Positions 12,401 to 24,965 of a DNA stretch of 64,000 nt are shown piece by piece. Within the stretch, counting starts at the first letter, position 1. Each line of letters starts with the position of its first letter. Made by a program: the position numbers and the translations under genes. The notes beneath the pieces were generated by a model. The model did not search any database, was not told where the DNA came from, and worked only from the letters and a program-made list of their open reading frames with translations. Source of the stretch: Lama guanicoe (taxonomy: Eukaryota); the NCBI GenBank assembly GCA_013239625.1, contig MU054323.1:5569220-5633219 (forward strand). Reading direction: 5' to 3'.

Positions 12401-13594
12401 TTTGTTCTGAGTATCCTATGTCCAACACTTGGCGAGATAAACCTTTTGCTGTAGAGTGTCATTCAGAATGATTATCCATCGGATTTTCTTCAGAAAATCT
12501 AATTAAACATAGAGAGAGTCTAATGTCTCCATTTTAGGGCAAAGGAAAGAAATACAATGAGAAAGTATAGCAGTGAAATGAAAAGAGATCTTAGAATTCA
12601 CTCCAGTCTTAGACTCAACCCAGAACGAATGGATCAATCAGTTAATATTACAAAGCACCACCTCTAAACCTTGAAGAATCCAGGTATGCAAAAGTGACAT
12701 CACATAATCCCCTCAGCCTCACCAAAATCCCTCAGAAGTTTGAGCCCCGTTTCACCTGTCTGTCCCACCTTCTTTGTAGAATCTTCTCTGACCACTGAAG
12801 ACTAGAGAGCCTTCAACCCTCTGAGCCCCTTTAAGCCCATCAACTTCTGACCCTCTCTAGGCTCTGAGCACACATTAAACCTGCACAGCTAGGGCTCCTG
12901 GAAGGCCATGCCCACCCCCAACCCCCAATTTCAGCAAGGCCCAGCACAGGGCTGAACATGTAACTTTTTGTTCTGATAATTTCTGGTTCTCCAGCCCTAC
13001 AGTTCCTCCACTCTCCCACCCCCGCCCCACCTCTAGGGTGGTTCTGCATGGCCAACCACAGAGATAAGCTCCTATTAGGTGTTTAGGGAGGACCCGGGTA
13101 TAATGGCCCCTTGGGTCCATGTCCTCACACTTCCTCAGGCAAGTCTCAGCAGCAGCGGGACTCTGAGCCCCAGCTCATGCAGCCTTGCCAGCTGGAGAGA
13201 CGAGGGAGGGAGGAGAGGGGAGGGAAGAGGGGTTAGATTCAGTGATCTTCTGCCCCCCTTCTCACTGATATTCCTTGGAAATACTTTAGAACCCCTTAGA
13301 ACCAGCATCCAAAGGATATAAGACATAATTCCTGTGCTAGGGAAAGTGCAAATGAGAGGTATGACATCAAAAGATGAGAAGCGGCCAAGTCCACCTTCAG
13401 ATGAGGAGTGTCCAGGCCAGCAGACTCAGAAGTGAGGTGTGTGGGAACTGGCAGAGGCTGGATGTGAAAAAAGTGCCCTGCAGGTGCGGAGCAGCAAGAC
13501 GGGAGCTGAGCCCGGAAGCCGTCTCCATCCTTCCAGGCAAAATCCCCCACTCCTTCCTTTGTTTTCTCATGTTTTTCTATCTTTCTATTTATTT

Positions 13595-13730
13595 TCCACC
13601 TCCTTCCTAGATATCGGCTCCTTGAGGCCAAGAACCTGAATTTCTTACTTTTGTATTACAATGTTTAGCAAAGGGCTTGGCACACTGTAGACCCTCAAAA
13701 AGCTGTTGATGCATAAATGAATAAATGAAC
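13595..13730 (+). mobile_element. L2 3' end
   Basis: 'ctagatatcggctccttgaggccaagaacc..ttggcacactgtagaccctcaaaa..aatgaataaatgaa'. Confidence 0.7.
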
Positions 13731-14499
13731 CCTATTGTTAAGAAACTGTATTTACTGTGAAACAGCTGAGGATTTCATAAGTGAGTTTCAGTTCCTTCTC
13801 ATCCATCATCAGGTTGGCAAGAAAATATAAAACAATACACTGTCAAGTACTGTTGCTGAGCACCGTGATGTGACTTTCTGAACACATTCTATGTATCCAA
13901 GGACAAGAAGAAGAGCAGAGGGGAGAAGTCGAAGGCCATTACATGACTGTATGGTTTTTAGACTGTCTGATATTTGGGTCAGTGTCTTCCAGGAGTGATC
14001 CATTAATAACATTCAGATTTTAGGGGAAATCTTTTTTAAAGGAAAATGTTGTGCCTTGCAAATATTCTGTGTCCTCGGGGAAAAGAAAAGCTAAGGAAAG
14101 AAAAACTGCAGCCAGCCCACTCAGGAAGGATTGGGTTGGGGCCAGGAAATCAAAATGAGAATGATTTTAGCACGGGTGTTGCTAGAACTAATTGTCAGGG
14201 ACATTCTTTATCTTCCACATTATTTTAAGAGTGGGAGGGAGGAAGCAGCGGTCCTCTTCGTTAAAATTGTAGCCAATAAAAAAAATTATCGCCAATAAAT
14301 AGCAGGAGTGGAACGGTCCTTTTCGAGCTGTTGGATGTAGTATCATCACGCTACTGAGAGAGACAGACCACTGTCATATGTGACAGAAATCCAGTGACTT
14401 TTTAAATAACAATGACAACAAAAAAACAATAAAACATGTTCTGATCTTAAAGATTACATGACCTAATTTGTCTACACAACAACCTCCCAAATACTTCTA

Positions 14500-14605
14500 C
14501 TAATTTTCCCTTTCCACAGGCGAGAAATCGAGCGTCCCAAAGTCAACCAGCAGCAGATCTGGGGCTCAAATGCACGTCTTCTGACTTCCACCCCTGTGCT
14601 TTTTC
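14500..14605 (-). mobile_element. MIR SINE fragment
   Basis: 'tttccacaggcgagaaatcgag..cccaaagtca..ctggggctcaaatgcacgtcttctgacttcc' is a reverse MIR core. Confidence 0.55.
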
Positions 14606-15241
14606 TTCTCTATGGGGCTTGGAGAACTTCCTGATGGCAAAGTCCCTCTAGGTCTGAGAAATGGTGGTGGTTCTTATCCTCCTGTGAGAGCTACAACGAC
14701 TGAGATCCCAGCTTCCACAGAAGACTAGAGCCCGGGGTCCTTGGGTCTCATCTTCCCAGCTGGGACTTGAATCTCATGATCATCAGTGTGACACCCACTT
14801 TTTCCAGGCACAGATTCATTTTGGAGCTGGCCCCACTCAGAAGGAGCACTGTTTCATCTGGAACAAGGCTGCCTGACGGCCCCATCCAAGGATAGTTCAT
14901 CTTTGGAATGCAAGAACCAGAGACAGAAAGACATTTCTGAAATTATTAAACCTACAAGGTTTAATGGCCTTAGATTACACCTCCAACCCTGCGAGCCCTG
15001 CTCTCCCACCCGCGGCTTCACCAGCACACCCACTGTGAAGTAGAAATGAACACAGTTAACACACTGGCTTGTTGTGGGTAGACACTAGAATGAAAGAGCA
15101 GGGACAAGCCCTTGTCAGCAGAGCCCACCCTACCTTAGGAAGACAAGCCTGGAGATGGGCACACTCAGCCTCTGCCCTCCTTACTGCTGATCCTGGACCC
15201 CAAGGACCGAGTGAGAGGGAAGGCAGTGATCCAGGACGCAG

Positions 15242-15715
15242 GGCATCAGTCAGGGTTCCCCAGAGAAGCAGATCCAGTGGGATACAGAGAGAAATACCAG
15301 AGGAGATTTACCACAGGAACTGGCCCACGCAGTGATGGAGGCTGAGAGGCTCCACAATCTACCTTCTGCAAGGTGGGAAGTCAGGAAAAGCCAGTGTTAT
15401 AGTGAGTCCAAGGCCAAAGGCCTGAGGACCATGAGCTCTCATGTCTGAGGGTGGAGGAAGACAGAAGTCCCAGCTGAAAAAAAAAAAAAAAAGGAGGAGG
15501 GGAGAGGAGAAGCCTTCCTTTGCCTGTTGCTCTGCCTGGGCCCCTCACAGACTGGACTGAGGGCTGAGTGAGGGCAATCTTCTTCACTCGGTCTGCAGAC
15601 TCACATTCTAATCTCTTCCAGAAACACTCTCACAAACCAACCCAGAAACAATGTCTTACCAGCTATCTAGCATCCCTTCGGCCAGTCAAATTAACCCGTA
15701 AACTTAACCATCCCA
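15242..15715 (-). mobile_element. MLT2 (ERVL) solo LTR, MLT2B-like
   Basis: 'cagtcagggttcccagagaagcaga..atggaggctgaga..ctaatctcttccagaaacactctcaca..ccagtcaaattaacccgtaaacttaaccatc' is the reverse complement of an MLT2 LTR. Confidence 0.88.
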
Positions 15716-16214
15716 TTCAGGATGGCCTCCAGCCTCAGGACAAAGGTCCAGCCAGGCTCCGTCCCCCACGCGTGAAGAAAGCACACCTGCCATTGGTTCT
15801 GACTGCATTGGTTTCCACTGCTAATTGAGCCCACCCTGCCCTATGCGACGGTGAAAGTATGTCTTAAACGAAAACCCATCTCTTTTCCCCTGACTCCTCT
15901 AAACCTCCTAATTTCTCTTTCCCTCCTCTGCGATTAGTAACTTAAGTCTGCTTGGAGCTAAATGACCCAGTTAATACAGCCTGGCTGGGCACAGCTGACT
16001 GTCAAAGCACCTTCCTGCACTTACTAGGGAGGGGCCCTCGCAGCACAGGGTCTCATACACATGCATCATTTTCTATTCAAGCTTGTTTCAAGGTCAAGAA
16101 CTCAAGAGGCTGGCCTCACCTAAGTGTGACCACATCCATCACATGGTTCATCTCCCCCCAGGCCTGGATGGATGAGCAAAAGGTTTATTTCATTTATAAA
16201 AGGAGAAATGATTT

Positions 16215-16375
16215 CTCCTTTAGAGAAACACTAAGATATAGAGGAAATGATGTGATTTACAAGATTTCCTTCAAAATAATATGGGAGGGCGGTAATGTGC
16301 CTAGTGAGCAGACAGGGCAGTCTTGGTTTAAGTGAACCACCACGGAGACCAGGTGAGGAGTACATGGGGGTTCCC
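16215..16375 (+). mobile_element. Ancient L1 (L1MC/ME-type) 3'UTR fragment
   Basis: 'gaaatgatgtgatttacaagatttccttcaaaataat..aggtgaggagtacatgggggttc' resembles old L1M 3' ends. Confidence 0.55.
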
Positions 16376-17669
16376 TAAAAGAGTCTGCCTGCCTTGGCGT
16401 ATGCTTAATATTCCCCATCATAAAATGTCACTTTTTGAATAGCACAGTTGAAACCTGAAAGGCTGAAGGAAAGGGTCCTAAAAAGCCACATTTTAAAATA
16501 AAAAACATTTCAAGATGCTCTTGGTACCTCTCTAACTCAGATTGGTTTTTATTCATTTCCTAACCTGGTTTTTACTTCCAGGGTTCATCAGAGGACTTGC
16601 TTTTAATTTATCTGAAATCTTAATTTCAAAAACAGTCCCTCCAGGACAACAGCTCCCAAACTGCGTGCAGGGGTGGCACTGAAAGTCCTTCTGGCAGCTT
16701 GTCCGCAGCCTTCTTGGGCCATAGCCAGAAGCAGGCTGTTCTCCTCGTAGGGCGTGTCAGATAACGGAGTGACCCCACCATTTCTGCAGCACCTTCCCCC
16801 TGGCTGTCCTGTGCCTCCATGCTCAGGCGAAGGCAGGAAAGCAGAGAGGAGGAGACCAGTCATGCTGGTGACTCCGATCCCCTCTGGAAAATGTTCTAAT
16901 TGACTACAAACACATAGAATCTTCTTGTCCCTGACCCACAGCCATGTATAAACTGCTGCTCAGACCTTGGGGCTGTCTCAGTACCTCCGTCTACCAGCCC
17001 ACAATGTACCCACATCAGAGGTCTGCGCCGTAGAGGAAGGAGCCTCTTCAGATGGGCTGGTGCAGCAAAGCCAGTTCTGTTAAATCACAGAAAAAGCCTT
17101 GCCCCTTGCTCAGCATTTTCCTCTGTAAACCCAGCTACCTGCTGGATGCCAGCGGCTCGCTACCCCACTTACACTGCCGTGTACCTTCCTGTTCTTGCTC
17201 TAATGCTTTTCAGCTGTGAAAAGGTCGCCTTCTATCTAGATCATCCCATTCCAACAAAAGTGACATTTTAAAAACCGGTTTCTATACAAATTAATTGGGA
17301 TTTCCATCAGTGTATGCATGCACTCCGCACTGACTTGGGAGACCCTGACTACAGTGTCTACCCAATTATACTCAGGACCAGCACCAACAATCCCTCAGCC
17401 CATTCCCCGATGGCACCCTGAGTGCGGGGAGCCGGGCACGACTCAGGAGCAGCTACAGTGGAAGCAGACCTCATTTCTTAGCTCTCTGTCTAGTCTCTAA
17501 GTTACTAAAATGATTAAATTGGGCGCTGATTCCAATTTAACCCCAGCCTCACTAAGGTCTTCCACTGCAGTACTGAGGAGTGACACAAGAGACAGGAAAC
17601 CTGGATGTCTCTGATGATCAGAACTTGAGTGTTACTTTGTGTGTTTTAGCAAGACAGCTGGTATGTCAC

Positions 17670-17880
17670 CTCAAATGTCACACAGTGTCTTACATTTTTC
17701 AAGGAATAGTTCCATTATGTTATTAGATCTTCAGACCACCCTGGGAGGATGGTGGGGTGGGGATTAGTACCTTCACTGTGCACATGGTGATCCTGCATCA
17801 TTCAGCATCATTCAGTAAGTCACCTGCCATCTGACATGAGTCACTGACAGAGGTGCGCCCAAAGCCTGGGACTGCTTCCA
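17670..17880 (-). mobile_element. MIR SINE
   Basis: Reverse MIR layout 'gatcttcagaccaccctgggagg..gggattagtacc..taagtcacctgcc'; contains a 10-bp tandem duplication gcatcattca x2 (17795-17814). Confidence 0.5.
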
Positions 17881-20116
17881 CCCCTCCCTGCTGGTGACTG
17901 CTGTCACTCACTGCCACTGGTTCCTGGTGCCCGGTACACTCCTCTGGGCCCTCTGTAAACTGAGAGATCAGTAAGATACCTACCTTGGCCTCTTTCCCCT
18001 CTTTTCTCTTTTCACCGTTCCTCTCCCCATTGTGGCGTGGATCTCACAGGAATGAGGCCAGGTCTGCAAGTATCAGCCCTTCCCTGCAGCCTTCCACCTG
18101 AGCTGTCTGGGGAGAGTGCCACCGAATGCACTCATAGATTAATTTGGGAGAATTATCTTCATGAATGCCCCACTCATAAACAGTGTATTTTTTTCCTTTT
18201 TAAGAAGTCTCCTTAAATGTCTTTAATAACTTTTTCCATTTGTGTTTTACACATCCTGCATTAGATTAATCCTTATTAATCCTTATATATCCTGCAGGGT
18301 TTTGTTGATACTGCAAATGTCACTTTATATTCTACATATCTTCAAGTTTGTTACTTCTGATATAGGACACTATATTTTTATGTCATCTTGTTTCATAACT
18401 GCACTCTCTTACTGGTCCTAGTAGTTTGTTGATTCTGATGATTTTTATAAGAAGATAGTAACAGTTTTATATCTTCCCTCAATCAATGTGTGTGTGTGTG
18501 TGTCTTTTTGTGTATGTGTTACTTCATTGACCAGGACCTCCATAACGCTGAGAACTGTAGTGATTTTAGTAATTTAAGTCTTTTCTGTTTATTTTGTCTT
18601 GGTCAGTTTAGCCAAAGATCTGTCAATTTTGATGTTGTTTTCCAAGAAACAACTTTTGCTTTTATTTATATTCTCTATCATTTTCTATTTTTCATTAATT
18701 TCTGCTCAAATCTTTGTTTTCTTCCTTCTGTTGGCTTTAGGTTTATCGTGCTCTTTCTTTCAGCATGTTAAGACGCTAGATGAGGTTATTGCTTTGAGAT
18801 CTTTTTTTTTTAATTAATATAGGCATTCAAAACTATAGATTTCTCTCTAAGCACTGCGGTGAATTTTGGTATGTGTGTCTTCAATTTCATTCATCTCAAT
18901 GTATTTTCTAAGTTGTCTTCCATTTCTTTTTTGATCCGTTGATCATTCAGGAGTGAGCTGTTTTATTTTCATGTTGGTGAATTTTCATTTTTTTTGTTAT
19001 TGATCTGTAATTTCATTCATAATATGATCAGAGAGTATACTTAGTTTGATTCTAATTCTTTGTACTTATCAAAGCTTTTTCCATGGCCTACTGTATGGTC
19101 TATCCCAAAGAGTGCTCCATGTGCACTTGAGAAGAGGGTCTATTTGGCTCTTGCTGTTTCTACTGATGTCTGTTAGGTCAATTTGGTTTACACTGTTGTT
19201 CAGGTCTTCCATTTCCTTGTTAATCTTCTGCCTAGATATTCTATCCATTATTGAAAGAAGATCATTAAAGTTTCCAACTGTTACTTTTGCATTATCTATT
19301 TCTTCCTATAGTTCTAACAGTCTGTGCTTTATGCATTTGTCGGTTCTGTTGTTAGGTGTATATATATTAATTGTTATATCATCATGATAGATTGATACTT
19401 TATGATTATACAATGTCCCTCTTTATTTCTAGTAACATTTTTTTGCCTTTTGTTTATTTTGTCTGATACTAGTTACAGCTACTCTTGGTTTCTTATAGTT
19501 GATGTGTGTGTGATATACCTTTTCCCATTCTTTTACTTTTATTCTATTTGTATATTTGAATTTAAAATGTATCTCCTATAGACAACATATTTTTTAATCC
19601 AGTCTGACAATCTTTGTCTTTTGATCAGATTGTTTAATCCATTCACATTTAATGCTATTATTTTCATAGTTGAATTTATGGTTGCCATTTTAGTTTTTTC
19701 CCCATATGTCTCACATCTTTTTTGTCCTTTATTTCTCTTTACTGCTTCCTTTTGAATGAAGCAAATATTTTCCAAAGTAACATTTTAACCCCTTTAATGA
19801 TTCTTTTATCACTTTTTGGAAGTTATTTTCTTAGTGGATGCTCTAGGGCTTACCAGATACATATTAATTGATCAGAAAATAAATCTATTTCATATTTGCA
19901 TCAATTTAATTACAGTGAGACATAGCAATGTTACTCCTGTGTAAACCTATACCTTCTTTCTCCCTGTTGTGTTGTTAACGGTACACATATTATATGTAGA
20001 TAAGCTACAAACACCAAAATACATTGTCATAGATATGACTTTATAAAATTTTATGTCTTTTAAAGAAGTTGAGAGAATAAAGGAGAACAAATATTTATTT
20101 ATACAGTTTGTTATAT

Positions 20117-20418
20117 ATTTTTTGATATTTTCCATTTTTTACTGAAGTATAGTTGATTTACAATATTGTGTTAGTTTCTGGTATATAGCAGAGTGATTCA
20201 GTTATGCATACATGTATATATGTATATATATATTCTTTTTTATAATTACACGTTATTACAAGATATTGAATGTAGTTCCCTGTATAATAAATTAGGACCT
20301 TGTTATTTAAAAATGATAATAAATAAAAACTTATTTACCAAACAGAAATAGACTTACAGACAGAGAAAACTAACTTATGTTACCAAAAGGGGAAATGGGG
20401 GGAGGGATGAATTAGGAA
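20117..20418 (-). mobile_element. 5'-inverted (twin-primed) artiodactyl-type L1 3'UTR insertion
   Basis: 20117-20308 is poly-T plus the reverse L1 3' terminus. 20309-20418 is the upstream 3'UTR part in forward orientation ('aacttatttaccaaacagaaatagacttacagacagagaaaactaacttatg..ggagggatgaattagga'). TSD tttgttatat at 20107-20116 and 20419-20428. Confidence 0.8.
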
Positions 20419-20949
20419 TTTGTTATATTAACCTTCTTATTTGCCATTTCTGATTCTTTGTTCCTATGAATTCAAGTTACCAACTAGTGTTATTTCCTTA
20501 TTCCAATATAGCTTTTCTCTCACCTATCTCCTTGTATTTGTGTTGTCAAAAAATAGTATTTCTCTCTGTTAAAGTTCCAACAATAGAATTATCTACACAC
20601 CATTCAATAAACTGCTTTTTAAATCAGTTAGGAGAGGAAAGGGGAAGAAATATGCTTTTATACTGTCTTTTATAATAACATAATTATCTCTGCTCTTTTT
20701 TTATGTGGTTTCAAATTACTGCCTGGGTTCATTTGTTTTTATCCTTAAAACTTCCTTTCGTATGTCTTGCAGCTCCACGAGCAATAAATTCTTAGATTTT
20801 GTTTATATGAGAAATGTTTTTCTCTTACTTTCATTTGCAAAAGTCTGTTGTGCTGGAAATAGGATTCTTGGTTTGACAAGTTTGGTTTTTGTTTTTGTTA
20901 TCCAGCACTTTGAATATGTCATCCCACTGCCTTTTGGCCTGTATTTTCT

Positions 20950-21104
20950 TTTAAATTTTATTTAATTTTTTTTTCTGTTTTCTTTTTTTATGGAGGGGGT
21001 GATAATTAGGTTTATTTATTTATTTTAAGGGAGTTACTGGGGACTGAACCCAGGACCTCGTGCATGCTAAGCACACACTGTACCACTGAGCTACACCCTC
21101 CCCC
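20950..21104 (-). mobile_element. Camelid Vic-1-type SINE
   Basis: Reverse head 'tactggggactgaacccaggacctcgtgcatgctaagcacacactgtaccactgagctacaccctcccc' preceded by 'taattaggtttattta' and a T-rich tail. TSD tggcctgtatt (20935-) / tggcctctatt (21105-). Confidence 0.88.
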
Positions 21105-21730
21105 TGGCCTCTATTGTTTCTAATGAAAAATTAGTTCACATTATTACTGAGGTCTCCTTGTATATTATGAGTCACTTTCTCTTGTTGCTTTCAAGATTTT
21201 GTTATCTTTCAGCTTTTTTACTGTGATGTGATCTGGGAGTAAATCCCTTTTCTTTTACTTCATCATCATCATATTTGGAATTTGTTGAGCTTCTTGGTTG
21301 TGTAGATTAATGGTTTTCATCAAATCTAGAAAGCTTTCAGCCATGATATCTTCAAATATATTTTTTGCTCCTTTTTCTCCTCTCCTTCTGGTACTCTTAT
21401 TACATGTATGTGTCCCATATTTCTCTGATGCTGTTCATTTTTCTTCATTTTTTTCCCTCTGTTAGTCAGACTGCATAGTTTCTAACTGATATATCTTTAA
21501 GTTCACTGATTCTTCTGCCAACTCAAATCTACAGTTGAGACTCTCCAGTAAAATTTTAATTTCAGTTATTGTACTTTTCACCTTCATAATTTCCATTTGG
21601 TTCTTTTTTTTATCATTTCTATCTCCTTATTATTATTCTCTATTTTATAAGACATAGTCATTAGACCTTCCTTCCTCCCTTTACTTCTTTGAGTGTAGTT
21701 TCCTATAGCCCTTTGAATATATTTGTAATA

Positions 21731-22196
21731 CAGGCATATATCATTTTATTGCACCTCACAGATACTGCATTTTTTAACAAATGGAAGGTTTTTGTCAACT
21801 CTGCATCGAGCAAGTCAATCAGCACCATTTTTCCAACAGCATTTGCTCACTTTGTGTCTCAGTCTCACATTTTGGTAATTCTCACAGTATTTCTTTTTCA
21901 TTATTATTTTCATTATTAATATTAATAACTTTTAAGTTATATTTTATAGTGGTCAGTCTGTGAGCAGTGATCTTTGATGTTGCTATTGTAATTGTTTTGG
22001 CATTCTTAGCAATAGTGTTTTTTAATTAAGAGATGCACACATTTTTTAGACATAATACTACTGCACACCTAACATAGTGTAAACATAACTTTTATATGCA
22101 TTAGGAAATCAAAAAATTTGTGTGACTCACTTTGTTGTGATATTTGCTTTATTGCAGGTCTGAAACCAAACCCACAATATCTCTGAAGCATGCCTA
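21731..22196 (+). mobile_element. Internally deleted Tigger1 (TcMar) non-autonomous element
   Basis: TA|caggcata.. and ..atgccta|TA termini with TA TSDs. Tigger1 left arm 'gagcaagtcaatcagcaccatttttccaacagcatttgctcact' is joined directly to the right arm 'aaacataacttttatatgca..tttgtgtgactcactttg'. No transposase. Confidence 0.9.
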
Positions 22197-22964
22197 TAGC
22201 TGCTTTAAAGTCTTTGCTAAATGACATTTGGATCCTTGACAGGCAGTTTCTATGGCCTGCTTTTTTTCCCATCTGGGCCACCTTCTTCTATTTGTTTGAA
22301 TGTCTCATAATTTTCCCTCATTGAAAACAGGACATTTTAGATAACATACTATCGCAATTCTATATACTGATCTCCTCCTCTGGGGCTTGTTGTTTGCTAT
22401 TTGTCTGGTGAGTTGGCTCGATTATGTCAGTGGTCTATTTTCCCCTAAGAAAGCAGCCTCTGATATCACTGCTCAGAGGGTTCAGCCTTGGGCATCATAC
22501 TGTCAATCTGGGATGGCAGCGATTGTATTAGCAATCTTTTTGTCTCTTTCCCTGATCTCTCCATTGTCTGCCTCCATTGATATCATGCCCAGCTATTAGC
22601 CTCCCCTAATTGCTGGCTGATTATTCTATTATTTTGACAATGCCCTAGGGTACAAATTGCTCCACAGTTGGTTGCAATTAAATGTGGGTCCCTTCACAGG
22701 GGTAATCTTTGAGGCCAGTCTTAGAGGTATGTGTCAACCCCAGGAGGATTCTTCTTAACTGTCTCTTTCCTTAGTTCTCTCTGGTAAATTTCTATATGCT
22801 CTAAGGTTTAGCTTGTTCATCTCATGGATCTACCAGTCTCCTCTTAATTGCTTGTCACCAAAATCTCCATTGTTTTTAAGAACACTCCTAGGCTTGAACT
22901 TCCTTATACTATGGTACCAATAAAGTTAGTTTTCTTGGGGAGAACTTCTGAGCTCTTAATTCTT

Positions 22965-23118
22965 GTTTTATTTGGGGGGGGGGATAGATTTCTTTACATA
23001 TTTTTAAATTAATTTTTATTTGATTTTATTTTTTAGTGTAGGTACTGAGGATTGAACCCAGGATCTTGTGCATGCTAAGCATGCACTCTACCACTGAGCA
23101 CGCACTCTACCCTCCCTC
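22965..23118 (-). mobile_element. Camelid Vic-1-type SINE with an internal head duplication
   Basis: 'ggtactgaggattgaacccaggatcttgtgcatgctaagcatgcactctaccactgagc'. 18-bp TSD tctgagctcttaattctt (22947-22964) / tccgagctcttcattctt (23119-23136). Confidence 0.88.
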
Positions 23119-24829
23119 TCCGAGCTCTTCATTCTTACGGATTGCCTCTCCTCTTGAGCAACAAATCTGCACCACTGCCTTACAGCTAGGGGCACAGGCA
23201 GTGGCCTATTTCTCTCAGAGTCATACCCCTGCTCCATAAGCTTCATTAGTGTCACCTAGGCTGGGGCAGCAGCCTCCAGTCTTTGCAGCTTGCATTTCCT
23301 GGAAAGGAGACTTTGCCTTACAACCAAGATAGGGTGATGTGACTAGGGCCCTACGTCTCTGGCCTTCCATGCCTGAAGTAGATTTCCCACCCTATAATTG
23401 GGGGCTGGGTAGAGGACGAAAGCCTCATACTTCTCAGTCACTCTGGCCAAGAATAGAGCCTCTGAAACACAAAGATAGGAGTGGAGGGGTGGGATGAGAA
23501 GTACTGGTGGCCCTCAAATGGGAGCAGATTGAAGATGGTGCCCTGTGCTCCTGGCTGAATTTGCCTGGAGTAGATGTCCATCACTGTGAGCTAGGAGACG
23601 GGGACAGGAGGAGTGAATTGTGGCACAAATGCCACACATCATTACTGTTCTTACCAAGATTCAGTAAACTATCTTGAATAAACATTTCTTTATTTGCTGT
23701 ATGCCCTAAAGACAATTTCCAGAGATTATAAGTGGAGATGGTCTGTGGAGCTCCTCACACCACCAATTCAGAAGTCATGTCTCCACAAGTCATTCTGGGG
23801 TTCCTAGAAGTGTATAGGTAACATGCACTGTGAGGTATTGGTGGCAACTTGGATCCTGGACCATTGAGAATAGAGATAAAAAGAGAAGAGGTTAAAAAAA
23901 ATGGAAAGTGTTGGGGAACTGAGGAGAGAGTGTTGAAGAATTGAGTAGAGAGAGAGAGACAAAGAGGAAAAAGGTGGATGAGATGTCTATTTAATCATAA
24001 GTTTGATCATATTGCAAGAATAAAAATCAACCGGGTTTCAGCTAGCAGCAACATTGGACACAACTTTAGGGGTGAAGACATTATCTTTGGCAGTTCTGTG
24101 TTCCATCTGTAGAGCTCATCCCTGGTAGCCTCCAGGTGAGAGGATTTGTACTCTGGACTTTTCTCCCTCATTTGGTCCCTTTTCAGCTCTGTGTTTAATT
24201 TCTAGAGGAAGTTGCCAGCCCTTAATTCACACTAAAGAAGGTATCACTGGCCAGGTACTGTTTAATGAAAGATCTTGCTATTGGAATTTGCCTTTTAACA
24301 GAGAAAATCCTACTCAACCCAAAGGCATAATCTTCTAATTGAGAAACATAAGGATTCATCACTGAATCAGCCCAGGAAATATTAGGCCACAGAGAAAGGG
24401 GTTCTTCTGGAAGATTAACTAAGGCAGTTTCACATGTTCCTAAGGCCTCTTGAGCCAGACATTCTGGCTGTGGAATTTCCATCATGTCCACAAGTCTGAA
24501 GAAGCACACTTTCTCAGTAAGCACAGCTGCTCTCCATTTGGTTAATGATAGCCCATCTCAAATTTGGTGTATGCAAACAAAAGAGCCAGCAGGCCCAGCT
24601 CTATATAGCTTGCCCAGAAAGGCCTCTGAGCCTTAGGCTGCCACATGGTCTCTGGTAGAGACAGAAGTGTCTGCATTATATCCAGTTCATCGAGGCTGGA
24701 CTATTTCAGGTGAGTGCCAGGTAGGGACACTGGGTTATACTACGATCTAGCAGCATTTGGTAGCAGAGAAGCCAGTGAAGATACCAAGGGCTGTGCTAGT
24801 CACAGTAACAAAGCAGGAGTTTCTAAGGG

Positions 24830-24965
24830 TAGTAGTTTCCCAAACCTACACATAAAGAAACTGGCTCTCAGAGAGGGCATCAGGCCCAAAGTCATACCTT
24901 AGCAAACATTAAAAAAAATGTTAGAATTCAAGTCTTGTTGTTTGATTCTAAAATGCATGCTTTTT
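24830..24965 (-). mobile_element. MIR SINE fragment
   Basis: 'aagaaactggctctcagagagg..gcccaaagtcatac..agaattcaagtct..tgattctaaaatgcatgctttt'. Confidence 0.6.

Larger units (their letters stand above)
18130..23776 (-). mobile_element. Ancient L1M relic (5'UTR, ORF1, ORF2 endonuclease region, plus an ORF2 3' fragment) with nested younger insertions
   Basis: T-rich plus strand. The minus ORF 19539-19775 contains 'IIALNVNGLNNLIKRQRLSDWIKK', the L1 ORF2 EN N-terminus. An L1M-type 5' end 'gacttctgaattggtggtgtgaggagctcc' lies on the minus strand near 23776. Many stops and frameshifts. Confidence 0.85.
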
